A stretch of DNA of 64,000 nt from Tubiluchus corallicola (lineage: Eukaryota > Animalia > Priapulida), in NCBI GenBank assembly GCA_030141605.1, contig JAQGDQ010000002.1:558001-622000 (forward strand). The letters are read 5' to 3'. Below, one piece after another: positions 26,601 to 38,017 of the stretch. Positions within the stretch are counted from its first letter, which is position 1; every line of letters starts with the position of its first letter. The notes below the pieces were generated by a model. That model ran no database searches. It was not told the DNA's origin and saw only the letters and a program-made list of their open reading frames with translations. A program made the position numbers and the translations under genes.

Positions 26601-29600
26601 TAAAAAAATAATTCAAATCATTTCTCTCATGTCAGTAGGTTAATTTTCACCAATGGTTGGATAAACCCTTGTTTTTTCATGAGAATTTTTATCATTTATT
26701 TAATGACTCTGCTTATTCGTTAGCAGGGAAGCTATTATTATCTATGGGAAAATAGCATTTTTATTAATATTAATGCAGTTCGTCAATGATCATACATCAG
26801 CCATATTTCTTTTCCGTTTAATACGAAGTAGACTCGGGTAATGTGTTTAGTTTAAAGGAAAAGTCAACCCAATTTCAGTTATACCCGAAGTTAAAGTTTG
26901 ATGTTCCTTTATATCCTTGTTGTTCTGAATGTTAATTGAATGATTAATTACTGACTCGGTCAATCTTGTATTGGTTTGGCATAAATATGCTTTTGTGTTA
27001 TTATGTGTTATTACTTGCGCATTTAAATGACTTTGTTATAATCATGTCTCTTATTAAAGAAGCATATATTCTTTGGGGGGAGCTCTGTCACGGTCGTGTT
27101 TAGCAGATTAAAACGAATAGCCATTTAACTGTAATAAAACGTTTACGTATAATTTGAAATGTATTGTATTGAACCTGTCATTAATAACTAATTAACCGAA
27201 TTTGGTAAACGTTATAAACTGGAGGCTCCACCTATTGGGAGTTCAACAAAGAAATACTACAGTTCAACTTTTTGGACCAAATTCTGGCTTCATGATCTCA
27301 TACCTATAGTACCACTGTGATTGGATGATTAACTGGGTCACGACAGGTATGACTTAAGAGGTGCAGATTATTCCACGAGGTTACCTAGATAGTGGTTTAA
27401 TGGCCGACTCAGCTAAAAGGCCAATTGATTTTGTCTTTGTCGGGGCGTTGGCCGACAAGACGTCACTTCGGATACTTTAATAATCAACTTCATGACTTGC
27501 AATAGCTACGTGAATTGAATTGTTCACACTACCAGTCATTATCTTGCGTAGACAGAACGTGAGCCATACGTCTGATATTTGGCAAATGACATTTTCCTGT
27601 GATGGGTATGCTTCCATGATGGTGGAGTTTTCAACCAAAACGGCACAAGAAGTAGACTCCTAATATATTCTGAAAGCCTGGTACCTGACTCATTAGGAGG
27701 AGACGTCGTCAGAAGAATCCTGGTGGTCTGTCATCGTCCGCTAATCTCATTAAGCCAGTCAAGCGAGTGGGACATTGATGCGGTCGCCGTTGTCGACAAG
27801 ACTGTTAGCAAAGTGACTCCAGCCACCCAAGTGTGTGAAACCCGGAACTTTACGGGAGACGTCCCGCTACGTGAAACGCTAGCAGACTGTTATTAAATGA
27901 GGGGTACCCCGCTGTTCTGGTGCAAGTTGTGAGTTCTTTTTGTTTATTGTTTTGAATTAATTAATTAATTATGCCAATTAAAATGTTAAACCTATGGCAA
28001 ACAGTTTGTTTATTTATACTTTGTTGTGTTCACTGTTCCCGTTCACACTGTATCACCATTGGCCCATTCTCTGTACTTTAGGACAGACCGACCCCTCCTG
28101 CGCTTGTAACTGCCTTAGAATTTAAACAATTATTGCTGCTCTTTAACATTTGGAGTCACCAACCCGTTCAGCAATCCATCTTGATTTAAGATGCCCGACC
28201 CAAGTTCGAGCCCCAGTTGGGCTAGCAAGGAATTTCGTGACCCGAATGTTACAGATGTCATAAACCAATTGTACAGTCTACACTATAGTATGCTGAAAAA
28301 GTTTTCAAGATAACAGTTTATAACAGTTATTGCAGTAAGTACTATACAACAGCATGTACTTTTGTTCTTTTGTGATGTTGATGCCAGCCAGCCAACTGCA
28401 ACGAAAGATACAAAAAAGTAAATTGCTGATGACTTATCTCAGACCTGCAATAACCATTCTGTGCAATGGTGTCTCTCCCTTCTCATTTCTCCGCTGCCAG
28501 CTTGGCTTTTTGCTCCTCAGCTTCTGATTGTAAATGGTCTCATTTTCAACTTCATCATCATCATCATCAGACGACAGTTCACGAGGATCAAATGGGCTAA
28601 GAGGCTGCGAGTCAGACTCCAGCTCATCATCGCTTTCAATCGCAGATCCATGCACTACTGTTAACGACTGCAGTTGCTCCTCTGCACTACCCTCCGCATC
28701 AGCATCACCTAAAAATAAGTTACACTAGTATCATGATCTGATTTCAATAATCTTTTTGTTTTTGCAGAGAAGCATTCTTCAAGATACCTCAGCGAAGAAA
28801 GATACCTCAGACTTGTCACTATGAATTAGTAAGTTTTATCTACTCCAAATAAAAAATTAATCATTAGGAAAGGTGGCTAAATGGAAATAGCTAACCAAGC
28901 ACATAAGTGTTATATTACAGTTAAAACAAAGTCTTCTATTGAAAATCGACACACCTCCAGCAAAATGTTCCACCTTTTTGCTTTAATGCTTAAATTTTCA
29001 AATGCAAGACATCACCCCAACCAATTGATTTCAACTGATAAAATAAGCAATTTCAAAAATTCAAATTGAGGTAACTGTTACAAGTGTCATATATATATTT
29101 AAATAATTACCATTTGCTGCATGAAGAACACTCAGACTTTTCAGCAGTTTGTATTGCAATTTGATATCCTGAGCTTCAACAGCAAGGCTTAAAGCTTTGC
29201 TGTATGCCTGGTAGACATCTTCATAACTACGATTATCTCTTTCCATGTATACTTACAAAAGAAAGAATACAGTATTAGAAAATCACATCAAACTGTTCTG
29301 CAAAACAAACTAAAAACCAAGAAAAACCTATACATTAGCGACACTCAATCAACAGAGTCAGTGTGACAGAAAAAAGGGCACTTAAAAACGAACGTTTTCT
29401 ATTGTGCAACATATCGAGTCATCGACCTGGCACGATCACCCTCGGGCACTGCACAAAAATTCTTTTTGTTTAAAATGTTTCAAAATTCATTTCACATTGA
29501 TACTAGTGTTATTCTTGTCCCCAGACAAGCTTAGGCAGGCCTATCTCCGTCTTGCCATTAGTCACACAAAATTAGCACATGCAAGTAAAATGTAAAATGT

Positions 29601-32600
29601 ATATTGCCAATACACCATTCAAAAACAAAAATACCTTGAGAAAAATACAAGAGTTAATAAAAGGAACCTGACAAAACTTAAACACCCAGAGTGCCTACAT
29701 AAATAGTTATATATAAATCAGAGGAACATTTTACTTCTAGTACACTGCTCATGAAAAATACCTGTACCTGCAATGTTCATCAAAGTTTTTGCCTGTTCAG
29801 TTAAATTGCTATGACGGTACTGTAGTTCCTTCTCAGACCAGGCAACGGCTTCTGGATATTGTTCCAAATCGGCACAAGTAACAGCTAAAGACACGTACCT
29901 TAAAATGACAAAAAATGCTATTTGCACATATTAACTTGAACTGACTTATAAATCTGGCTAGTAAGAATATAATTCTAAGTTGCTGTATGAGCTGACTTTT
30001 TATAAGTCATTCTGATTTGATCTTATGCCTCACTTTTAATTTACAAATTTGTTGAGTACTACCAAATTCTAAGGTCAGGTTACAATATAATATTTTAATG
30101 AAATGACAGCACTGGTAAGGTGCTGACATGATAAAACTAAAATCACCAGACAATAATAATCATCTGCAAAACACAGCATAATTTCTAACAATTTCTCCAT
30201 TCAATAATAGGAGTTCGTGTTACATTTACAACACACACTCAGTTCCTATCAAACAAGTAAGGGTCACTGTTTCACATTCTCAGTACACGCTGCAGTATAC
30301 TGTACAGTTCGATATCTATCAATTTAAGTCAACTTTGCAAGGCAAATGTCAATGTATGAAACATTTTTATCGCGGAATACCTTCAACTGAAACAAATCAA
30401 CTTATTTATTGCACTATCAGCACCATTCACTATTAACTGACCTATAATCTGTTATTCTAGTCTACCTTCTAGTAAATTTAATTGATTTGATTACTTACAA
30501 GGCAGCTACGATATCATTAGATTTTTTAGCTTCTATAGCATCATGTACTGCTTGTGTGTAGTATGGTAATGCCTGAGTATATAATCCTAGGGATGACAGT
30601 GTATCACCTATCTTCTCATTATGCTTACACTTTTCAGCATAATCAGTTACCTCAGTGTCACTGAGCTCATCCAGGCTTCTGCACAAGACACACGCAGCCT
30701 AATAAACCATGTATAAACAGTTTTCAAATTATTGATTTTACAGGTAAGATCTATCTTTTGAACTATCAAAAAAATCAAAAATCATTAAACAAAGAAAACA
30801 AAGCCTCGTGTCCTAAACAATTTCAGCAGTACTCTTCCTTCTTAGCAATTCACTACACTGCAGGAAGATCAATCCAGTACTAACCTAGTTTGGCCACAAA
30901 ATTAATAGAACTGTGCGTTACAATTACTGGGCTATTTTCAATTTGTTATTAACACATGCAAAATAATGCAGAATGACAATACCTTTAAATTCTTTTCTAT
31001 GCGCAATGTAACCTCTTCAGATGGAATTGAAAGTTTCCAGGCTCTGGTTAATGCTTGCTTTGCTGCCAAGTAATCACCGAGTAGAAAGAAAATATGTGAT
31101 TTAGTCAGAAGTGCGTCGGCCTGGCAATACTTATCTTTCAGCTTTAGAGCTGTTTTCAGGGCTTCCTGTACAGCTCGTTGAGCTGTAGTCAACTTGTTCT
31201 GACCTTTAAATATTTCTGGAAAAAGAAAATTAGATTAAACATAAATTAGATTAAACGTTTTTGTCAAAATGTAACTAGGAATGCTGCTGTAAAGATGTAA
31301 ACAGCGAAATTTAATCACGACAACAAAATAGACAACACTCTAATCACAAGGCTGATAAAAAACTCAAAATGCCAAAAAATATTGTCAAAAAATAAATCTT
31401 GATTCTAGCAATGATAATACTGTTCTGCCGACTCGGCTCAATATATTTTTTTACAACTGCCTCGCATTAAATTTTAGGAAACGTGCAAACAAAAACTGTC
31501 AACTTCAGATATGTTGCCAAATTCACTTTCCCACTCTGTTGAAATAAATAACACACTGCATTTTTGTGCTCACTTGTGCTGATAGCTTCACATTTACATA
31601 TTATCATTAAATATCTGCAGCCTACATAATGTCTATAACAACGTTTAGGTCTATTTATCAGGTCAAATTCTTACCTGCTAAATTAAAACGACAACGAAAC
31701 AAGTCCTCATTTAATTCATGTTTTTGGCATATGAATATGGCTTGACGTAACAGCTTTTCACATTGTTTCATTTCTCCTCGCTTTTCATACACTAACCCTA
31801 TGTAACAGCAGCTCAAATAAATAACCACCCATGCCATCTGGATAGACAATAATTAGAATAATAGCTACCGTATTTATCCTGCAAAGTTAGCCAGTAGGGT
31901 TTGACAATCTGAATTACATGATTTTGATTTAGAAGTAGCAGATTCCAAATATTTTTTACTCGTTTATATATCCAGCTGTATATAATACGGTTAAATATAC
32001 AGTTACATACACTGGAGTCATACGACAGGTACAATACTTACACCAGTACAATACTTGTCAATCAAAAAATCAAGGAAATGTTCATGTAAATAGGAAGTCG
32101 TATTTACTCAAAACTACGTCAGAGGCTGGAATGAAATGCAACAAGTGTTTCTTCAGCTTTAGCAACTTAGCAAAGTTGCTTTTAATGATGAAATTGATTG
32201 TTTGTGCTTCAGCTACTGATGGCTAGTTCACAAGAAAATGTACAAATTACGTGAAGTCAAGCATTCAAGCAAAAACCTGCTTTAATAATAATTATGCAAA
32301 TGGAAAAGTTTGTGCAGACAGCTGCAATATAATGACAGAAAAGTACAAAAGCATAATAACTTACCAAGATTTAAGTATAATCTAGCACGCATTTCCATGT
32401 ACAACGTCAGTTTTGTACAATTCTTTAGATTCTCGGCCACATCCAAAGCTTTGCGAAAAGCGTTTTCTGCTTGTCGTAGAGATGTCTCACTATTGCTGCC
32501 TTCTTCGTACTCAGCCTTTTTGAAAAATGTCCGACCTGCAGGATAAAAACAGTGAACATTTCGAAAATTTCAGAGAAAATAGAGGAAAAACAACTTTTCA

Positions 32601-35197
32601 TTGCATACAATAGGTAGAGTGTATTTTTAAATTATTACAAATTTAAAAAACCCATTTATCAGTTAAATGAAAATTTTATACACCAGAAAGAAGGGAGAGA
32701 GCCATGAAAATCCAGTCAACTTGTTATAAACGCATGAATGAGTTGCAGCATTGCAGATGTAATGAACATGTTCTTGATGTATCATATTACAGTCAAAGAA
32801 ACAGCTAAAAATTTCCATAAATGCACTGGGTCTAACAGCAGACTCATCAAATAAGAATGTTAAACTTGAAATTTTCTTCAATCGATTTAGTGTACTGAGA
32901 CATATTAATTCTATTTTAGAGGAATTTAGAAAAAAAATTTGGCACCATCCACTTCAAATATACAATGTTCTCATTTCTTTACTTTTTTAATAGGATACAA
33001 CCAGCATGCTAAAACATTTCTTTTTTAACTAAGCATCTAGTTTAATTTGGCGTAAGTTCCAATTTGGTCACAAACAGAAAAACTTGTGTCTTTAAAAATT
33101 CAAGTGGGATCAAACTAGCCCGACAGCTGTTTGTTTTTCTATGTGGCGTACAACAAATGTAACGTCTATCTGTAATATTTTTGTCATACATTAATGAAAT
33201 ATTTAAGAAGCAGTACAGACTCTAGAACAATAGTCTTAATTACCTATGGTAGCATAGGCTCTTTGTTTTTCCTGTTGGTTTGCACAGGCTTCCGAAAGTT
33301 CAAGGTGCTGCTGCTGGTGAGTCAGCGCTTCTTTAAATTCCTGCAGTTCTGAAAAGCACTCACCTACAAAAATAAATGTAGTAAATAAATGATTGTATAA
33401 AAATGCTCTCTGAACTATTTAAACTTCACAGCCAATTAGTTCTTAGTTGTTACAAGAAAATATCAGTTTCTATCATTTTCCATCAGAAAATAGAAAAATT
33501 GCAAAAGCATTACTATGGAAACTTCGTCAAGTTTTGATAAAAATATTACAAAGATTACAAAATTATTATTACGCAAAATTTATTTCAAGCTTTTACCTAA
33601 TTTGCAGACAAAAAGAAAATAGAAAGCTCAACCAGTCTAGGAACTAGGAAATACAAATGTTTTAATTAAAATTTTGGTTTACCACTTCACAGAGGAACAG
33701 AAAAGTTTTTCTTTGTTTAGAAAGAGTAAGGTAACAGGTTATAGAAAATGAGAAATTACATTCGCTGAGTCACTATAATGAAATGTGAATACAAAGAAGA
33801 AAATACTGACAGAGTGGGAGTTGCTGTGGTAGTCATAACCACCATAAAAGTTATGCATAATCCCTGTTGTACAATTTATATATTATTTTTTGTGCAGTCT
33901 ATTCTTCTTTTTTTTGTGATGTGCATGAAAACAGAAGATACATTCACTGAAAGTGGATGAAAAGTGGATACCATTAATGAAAGTAGTGTAGTGTTAATCA
34001 AATGTTAGTATGTTATAAGTTTGGAATACAAAAAATACAACTAGCCACACCTAGAAATTTTGCTCAAACTAGTCCTAAGGCTAATTTACATAAGCAGGTT
34101 TCCAAAAATATAAAAATACGTCAAATTAATTAACATAAATTATCTTTTCTATACCTATTCTCCTGTGAGCAATAGCTTGTCCTATACAATCATTTAGTTG
34201 TTCACATGCTGCAAGTTCTTGCTGATGCTCTGCTAATGCCTTTCTATGCTTTCCTTGACGTGATAGAATTTCACCTATACTGTTGCAACAATCTGCAACC
34301 TAAAAGAAGATACATACATGAATAAATTTATAATAGCACATGTTATCACAATATAAGTTTAGATACTGAGCATCTAATTCAAATTAAATCCATAAAGGAC
34401 TAAATAAACATTGCCTTATTGAATGTGTCAAGGTACAGAAAGGCAGTCAGGCAAACTGCCATACTGGCTGCAATGATGAACAGCAAGCAGCAAACATACA
34501 CAATTGGAGACACACTATCATAAGATCTTAGCTCCTTAAAGCATTAAAAAGAATTAATAAGCAAAAGTACACTATTCGCTTTGACAATATTACTTAAAAT
34601 ATTAACTTGATGAAACAAAAACGGTTAAAAAATTAAGCAAATGCTTAATATAAAAAAATAGAGATTAAGTAATGATTATGCTCACTTCTACAAAAAAAGG
34701 AATTTCTGAAAAATCAAAAGTGCATAGTACTTCTTTATTAGTTCTCACATTAATATCTTAAATAATAAATAAATTTCCTTACAGACCAGTTTTTTCACAA
34801 ATCAAAATTAATAGTAGGCTCCATACAAATGATAGCCATTAAACATTTATGACACAGTTTCGTTGTCATTAAGTACAGACATTTGATACTAGCAACACCC
34901 TAAGTTTTAATCTTCTCAAAAATATTTCACATTTTTTGCATTTTTCTTTTTAATCAAGCACAACTGAAACATCGCACCAAACTTTGACACTTGTATATTT
35001 AATGTTTTACTTAAAAATTGTGGTAATTGAAAACCAGCAGTGTTCAAAAAATTGCAAGTTTCGTATGCAACTATACAAATTAGAGGCGGCAGCCCATTAA
35101 TAATTGTGAACATTATTACCTCTTTGGTTTTTCCCTTTTTTATAGCTACTGCTTTTGTTGTTTGTAGCTCTTTAAGCAGTCGTGTATCGTCAGCCAT
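14669..35197 (-). CDS. TONSL: Tonsoku-like protein (TPR - ankyrin - UBL - LRR), about 1403 aa, 15 coding exons
   Basis: Exons 35197-35120, 34299-34155, 33363-33244, 32535-32365, 31797-31675, 31215-30983, 30698-30499, 29898-29768, 29251-29111, 28708-28445, 19583-19357, 18550-18379, 17858-16941, 16702-16507 and 15761-14669 total 4212 nt with all phases compatible. N-terminal TPRs, ankyrin repeats ([35 protein letters not shown]), UBL ([17 protein letters not shown]...[11 protein letters not shown]), C-terminal LRRs ([12 protein letters not shown]). Confidence 0.95.
19744..20918 (+). repeat. 5' LTR (1175 bp)
   Basis: Starts TGTCACGGTCGTG, ends GAATGTTACA; direct repeat of 27086-28253. Confidence 0.97.
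20920..20929 (+). promoter_or_regulatory. Primer-binding site, probably tRNA-Leu
   Basis: TGGTGTCAGA starts after one spacer base following the 5' LTR; complementary to the 3' end (...UCUGACACCA) of metazoan tRNA-Leu(CAA) as I recall it. Confidence 0.8.
21635..26560 (+). CDS. Gag-Pol polyprotein (about 1641 aa from first ATG): capsid/SCAN-like, CCHC knuckle, aspartic protease, integrase, RT, RNase H
   Basis: [14 protein letters not shown] zinc knuckle; RDTGASVS protease; [10 protein letters not shown]...CRSCDTC zinc motif; MDIIGP/ITDCG/VERYN DDE core; WRGPF GPY/F module; then [16 protein letters not shown] and YIDD RT; LTSDAS...VELL...RTDQ...ADALSR RNase H at the C terminus. Confidence 0.96.
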   Translation: MYEKRYKLSQLVSLSKKQLQDIVAEHLLLVDPRTTRAKLITTIFKAAGLPEEGAETRADLENPEGGEMKDPLDQLDRMSEEGSLSDNDMELPLPATVALSEREDTSVKRKPLHFDTTGVRTIAAEKPLLDPVSVPTHVNSVPLPTPRRRKTASINLEALSTTDKKTTQALLEIRRLELEAEVSIKKMEHEQQMAQVELRRQELRSSPAQNISFSNPNTSTLDSAADKIRHFKVRTYEESKDDIQKYLDWFESCAVANDIPKTSWAACLGPALTGRAADAFQQLPADSLRNYDALRKALLGAYILSPDMYLERFRSISKLKNESYTQLGRRLDSSLRDYHKALGVSTYEGVCQIDAIEQVLSLMPNDLAAWLRRKTLLKLEELTECADRYVAANLVTPHERSTLVSRRYNRSAQSSQRSKENKGGVSGGGGNTMKSTRIQCYRCGRAGHKRNECRANLNTEASLKAAGSTSAGKQLFGEVDSDDLANNQWRHVPGQTEPVCFKALINGLHADCVRDTGASVSMVNSRFVRPDQYLDKSPQQLTCICGDQSTCFPAEIEIEGPGFSGILTVSVSSKLPTDFLLGNNYLSVLKPLPKPRRANTEGHVPSNTNTYPTEVRDNAGARVQMTESAYVVTRSQAAKQEADARRDSQQHQYAFNRAESGQTDLHQSTKVHDQLLKVSAKELGQEQEEDVSIRNLTDNAGTSEAAYKKGSGYFLRDGILFYLCRERKGQSPRELLVLPKPRRKTVLALAHGSRLAGHLGINKTTQRILQEFIWPHLKRSVRNYCRSCDTCQRTARVRQADRAPLKPLSIADTAFRTIGMDIIGPLDRTPSGNRYALVLVDHSTRYPDCYPLPNIETITVLDALLKFCCRYGIPRQIITDCGTQFTSELTQELERQLGVKGIFASPYSPSTCGLVERYNATLKASILRLQQDNPSLPWDQAVDFVLFAYREVPQESTNYSPNELVFGYPIRGPLAMLKERWGCSKPPNLEDIDEYVARVINTIETTTEDAHQSLREAKLAQKRWYDRISKERGFEIGDRVLIRNMCKGKKMSPGWRGPFPVVDKLSDWNYKVCIGSKGKRRDVRVYHVNKLKHYIDRQENLVLWAMCTSSEVPDLERDYTDEVSITEGEVFWAGSEEEVEELQTEPAIGQGVVQSSGLPEYTFLPTAQATQSVDDLELSSNLSSQANTQLRTVFHKFPEMFTDLPGRTMVVRHHINLFDKTPVRQHPYRIPQARNEVVRQELQQMLDLGVIRRSESEYASPMLLVPKPHDEWRPCVDYRQLNARTIFCPYVMPRPDDIVDDLHNAVWISTIDLAKAYWQIELTPESIPLTAFVTSFGKFEFLVMPFGLMNAASSAQSLMDRILETVSNSSRGYIDDVLIKSSNWADHLRHVEDTLTCIRKAGLTAKPRKCHFALQEANFLGYVIGKNRLWPQPQKLEQIHNCARPQTKSQVRRFLGMVGFYRRFIAQFSTIAAPLFALTEKHASIQVQWSDACEKSFLQLRNALTSKSVLHSPDFFKPFILTSDASFVGIGGVLSQDREDGLGEVPITFVSRKLTTTETRYSVVEVELLSVVYCVQKLFSYYLEGRNFTLRTDQRSLLALDKMRRNNRRLCHWALILSEFAFTVDHVAGSQNLVADALSRL
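27075..27082 (+). promoter_or_regulatory. Polypurine tract
   Basis: GGGGGGAG ending 3 nt before the 3' LTR. Confidence 0.8.
27086..28253 (+). repeat. 3' LTR (1168 bp)
   Basis: Starts TGTCACGGTCGTG directly after the PPT, ends GAATGTTACA followed by TSD GATGT. Confidence 0.97.
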
Positions 35198-36779
35198 TTC
35201 CTGAAACAACAAATTATAACAATTAAAGTTGTTAATGGAAAAATAAATTTCTTCTAAGAATGTAGACCAGCAGCATTCTGGCATTCGCCACTGGAATACG
35301 GTCAATCGGTCATGGTACTTGGTATGGTTTTTAACTTTGAAGGTAAGTACTACCACTGTAGATGACAACTACTTTGCAAGACTATCACAAAATGCTAATT
35401 GATATGTCTTACATAAGTGATGTATAAGGCTCTAAAGTCATAACTCAAACTCTGGTGTAATCTCCATCAGCACCTGTGAGGACCTATTCATAGAGTCTAG
35501 AAAAAATGTTTGTTTCCGCATGCGCACCGACTATCATTTTACGTGGGACTCATTTTTTAAAATTTATAAAAATGAAATTTTTTATTTGCCTGCCAAGTTC
35601 CGATTGTTGACCAGCTTCATGTGTTGGTAAACGCAAACTTGCAAATTGATACCCCAGTAGCTATCAGACATGGCTACAGCTATCAGTCACCATTGCAGGC
35701 TGGGCAGTGTGACTTTTTAACAAAACACTCTGATAGGGTATGTTAATACAATCACAATAAAGTAGTCTGTAAAGTCCAGACGTGAGTCGTTATTTGGGCC
35801 AATCGTGTCAAAAAGAAAACGAACTGTTTTGCCTATTCATCAATATTTAATCAGAAATTTTGATTTTGTATATAAAATCAAAAAGAAGGCTCCGAAAAAA
35901 TGTGAGTCAGTCAGCATTCAAATGTTGTGGTTTCAAGCCACAGTTAAAGTAAATGTAAAAAAAGTGAGTTTAAGACTCTGTACTGCCAGGCAGCATACAA
36001 TCTGACAGACACAGTTTCTTAACTAACACCTTTCAAATGACCAACAAACAGAACTTGTTGAGATCAGGGACGTAAGATACAGATTCAACTATGTTAATTC
36101 ATCAGTCTAGTACAGTTAAGTTAAGCTAATGCAAATTCACTTTGCAAGTCAGTACTTACAATAAAAACCTGTAGTAAAAGTAAATAAAGAAAAAAAATAA
36201 AATAATTAAACAATAAAGTTTTATAATATTGAGAACTTACTATACTGTAATGGCAGTGTAGCAAAGGTGCACTAAGGTTTAACATACAGTAAATTTGAAT
36301 AATTTGGTGACAAATGGTGGTGTTGATGGCCGAGGTGCTACAATTACATGTTTATTTATCTCATATTAATTAGATAGAAATAAATTGTTATTTTTAACAA
36401 AAATTCGATATTTAAATAAATTATTTGTGTGAAAAACTGGTGAACTCATCAAAATAAGATGTGGTAATCAGGTAGATTCATACCGACATACTTATATGAC
36501 AAAAAATAAAATAAGATAAAATCCATATCTACCCAGGCCTAGAGCTGTCTGTAATATGCATCAGTGCAAACTTCAATGCTATCAGTGCAACAAAGACTGC
36601 TTTAAATATTCATTTGCACCACATTCAGTCATCCAGTGGAATAATCTACCTTCACATATTGTGCAAATCTCAGACACCACAAAGTTTAAAGCGGCAAGCA
36701 TAATTACAAGTGTGACTTGATATTGGACAGTAATCGTATAAATTTTGAAGTTACGTTATTATCACACCCTCAATAACTA

Positions 36780-37720
36780 CAGTAGGCACTGCTTACTAGA
36801 CTCACTTTGGGACTGAAGTATTTTGACCCAAATTAACCGACTGAACCTATTAACCGATAAGTGTAGTATTACTGGTATAGAAGTATGTGTCTGCACTGCA
36901 AAGGTTTTAAATGAATTTTAGAAATGCCTAAATGCCTTTGTGAAGTTAAAAATTAGAAAAAATACTTTAAAATATTAATTTATATAAGCGAATTAGCAAT
37001 AAATTAAAAAGTATATTTTTCTAAATCACGCAAGTCTGTTTATTCACAAAAATAATGGAAATGTGTCCAAGGTTGGATGCTTCATTTTTTGTGACAAGTT
37101 GGGTCAGAAAGTTTTCATAATGATAAAAACGTTTAAAACTGTTGTTGTATCATACGCAAATACGTGCTTGAACTGCTGGTGGAGACCATATTTCTCCGCA
37201 GGAGGCTTAGCCTGTAAGCTCCCGCTTGCCATCCTGACACACTTATTGTACTATACCTGCATCCCTGGCATAACAGCAATGGCAAACTAATTAAACTTTC
37301 TGTGAAAGATAGTCAGAGCTTCTAAAACAAACTACTAGGCAAGTGATTAAATGTTTAGCTTCCAGGAATTCTTGGGTAGCGAGATCAATGGACGGGCGGG
37401 TGGATGGGCGGGTCAAAGTAAACCATTAGGCTAGCAAATTAGCATATGCTAAATGTTCCTGCTAATAAACAAAACGGTACTTAACATGATTGTTTCTATG
37501 TATATTATAGGACAAAAGTGAACTAAGATGAAGTCTTAAAACCTTATTAGTTGCACGAAAGTGTCTTATTAAAGCTTATGAGTCAAATATGCGGAGTTAT
37601 TTGAGTCAATTACCGACAGTTTTTATGTACATTTGAATAGAAGCGGCCCGTACCAGGCGTTTTTGAGTCAATTAACCGATTGAGTCTACTAACCATGAGT
37701 CTGTTAAGCGGCGCCCACTG
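36780..37720. mobile_element. pogo/Tigger-like non-autonomous element, copy 1 (941 bp)
   Basis: TA|CAGTAGGCACTGCTTACTAGACTCA ... TGAGTCTGTTAAGCGGCGCCCACTG|TA; colinear with 50972-51934. Confidence 0.88.
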
Positions 37721-38017
37721 TATCAATATTGTTACATCATACTGTAATATTATGTTTGATACACTATCGTTATCATAAAAGAATAATTGTAGTGAAGTGG
37801 GCGAGAGAAGCAAAGACACATGAACAAGATAAAAAAGGAACTGACATGTGAACAAAAAAAAACAGGGAGAAAGGTTAGATCACACACAAGAACGGAAGAA
37901 GGACGTGTTATGTAAACCAAATAGTCCTATATCCTTGCCACGCATACGTGCTGCAATAACATTTCTAAGGGATGCTGCAATATCCATTCAGATCAGATTA
38001 CTGCGTGGTACCTAGCT

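Larger units (their letters stand above)
19744..28253 (+). mobile_element. Full-length Gmr1-like Ty3/Gypsy LTR retrotransposon (8510 bp) in TONSL intron 10, antisense to the gene
   Basis: 5-bp TSD GATGT at 19739-19743 and 28254-28258. Direct-repeat LTRs TGTCACGG...TGTTACA, PBS after the 5' LTR, PPT before the 3' LTR, single uninterrupted gag-pol ORF with domain order PR-IN-RT-RH. Confidence 0.97.

Noticed and set aside
26561-27085. Possible env or extra ORF after pol
   Set aside because: 525 bp of AT-rich sequence with no ORF of 60 aa or more in the track.
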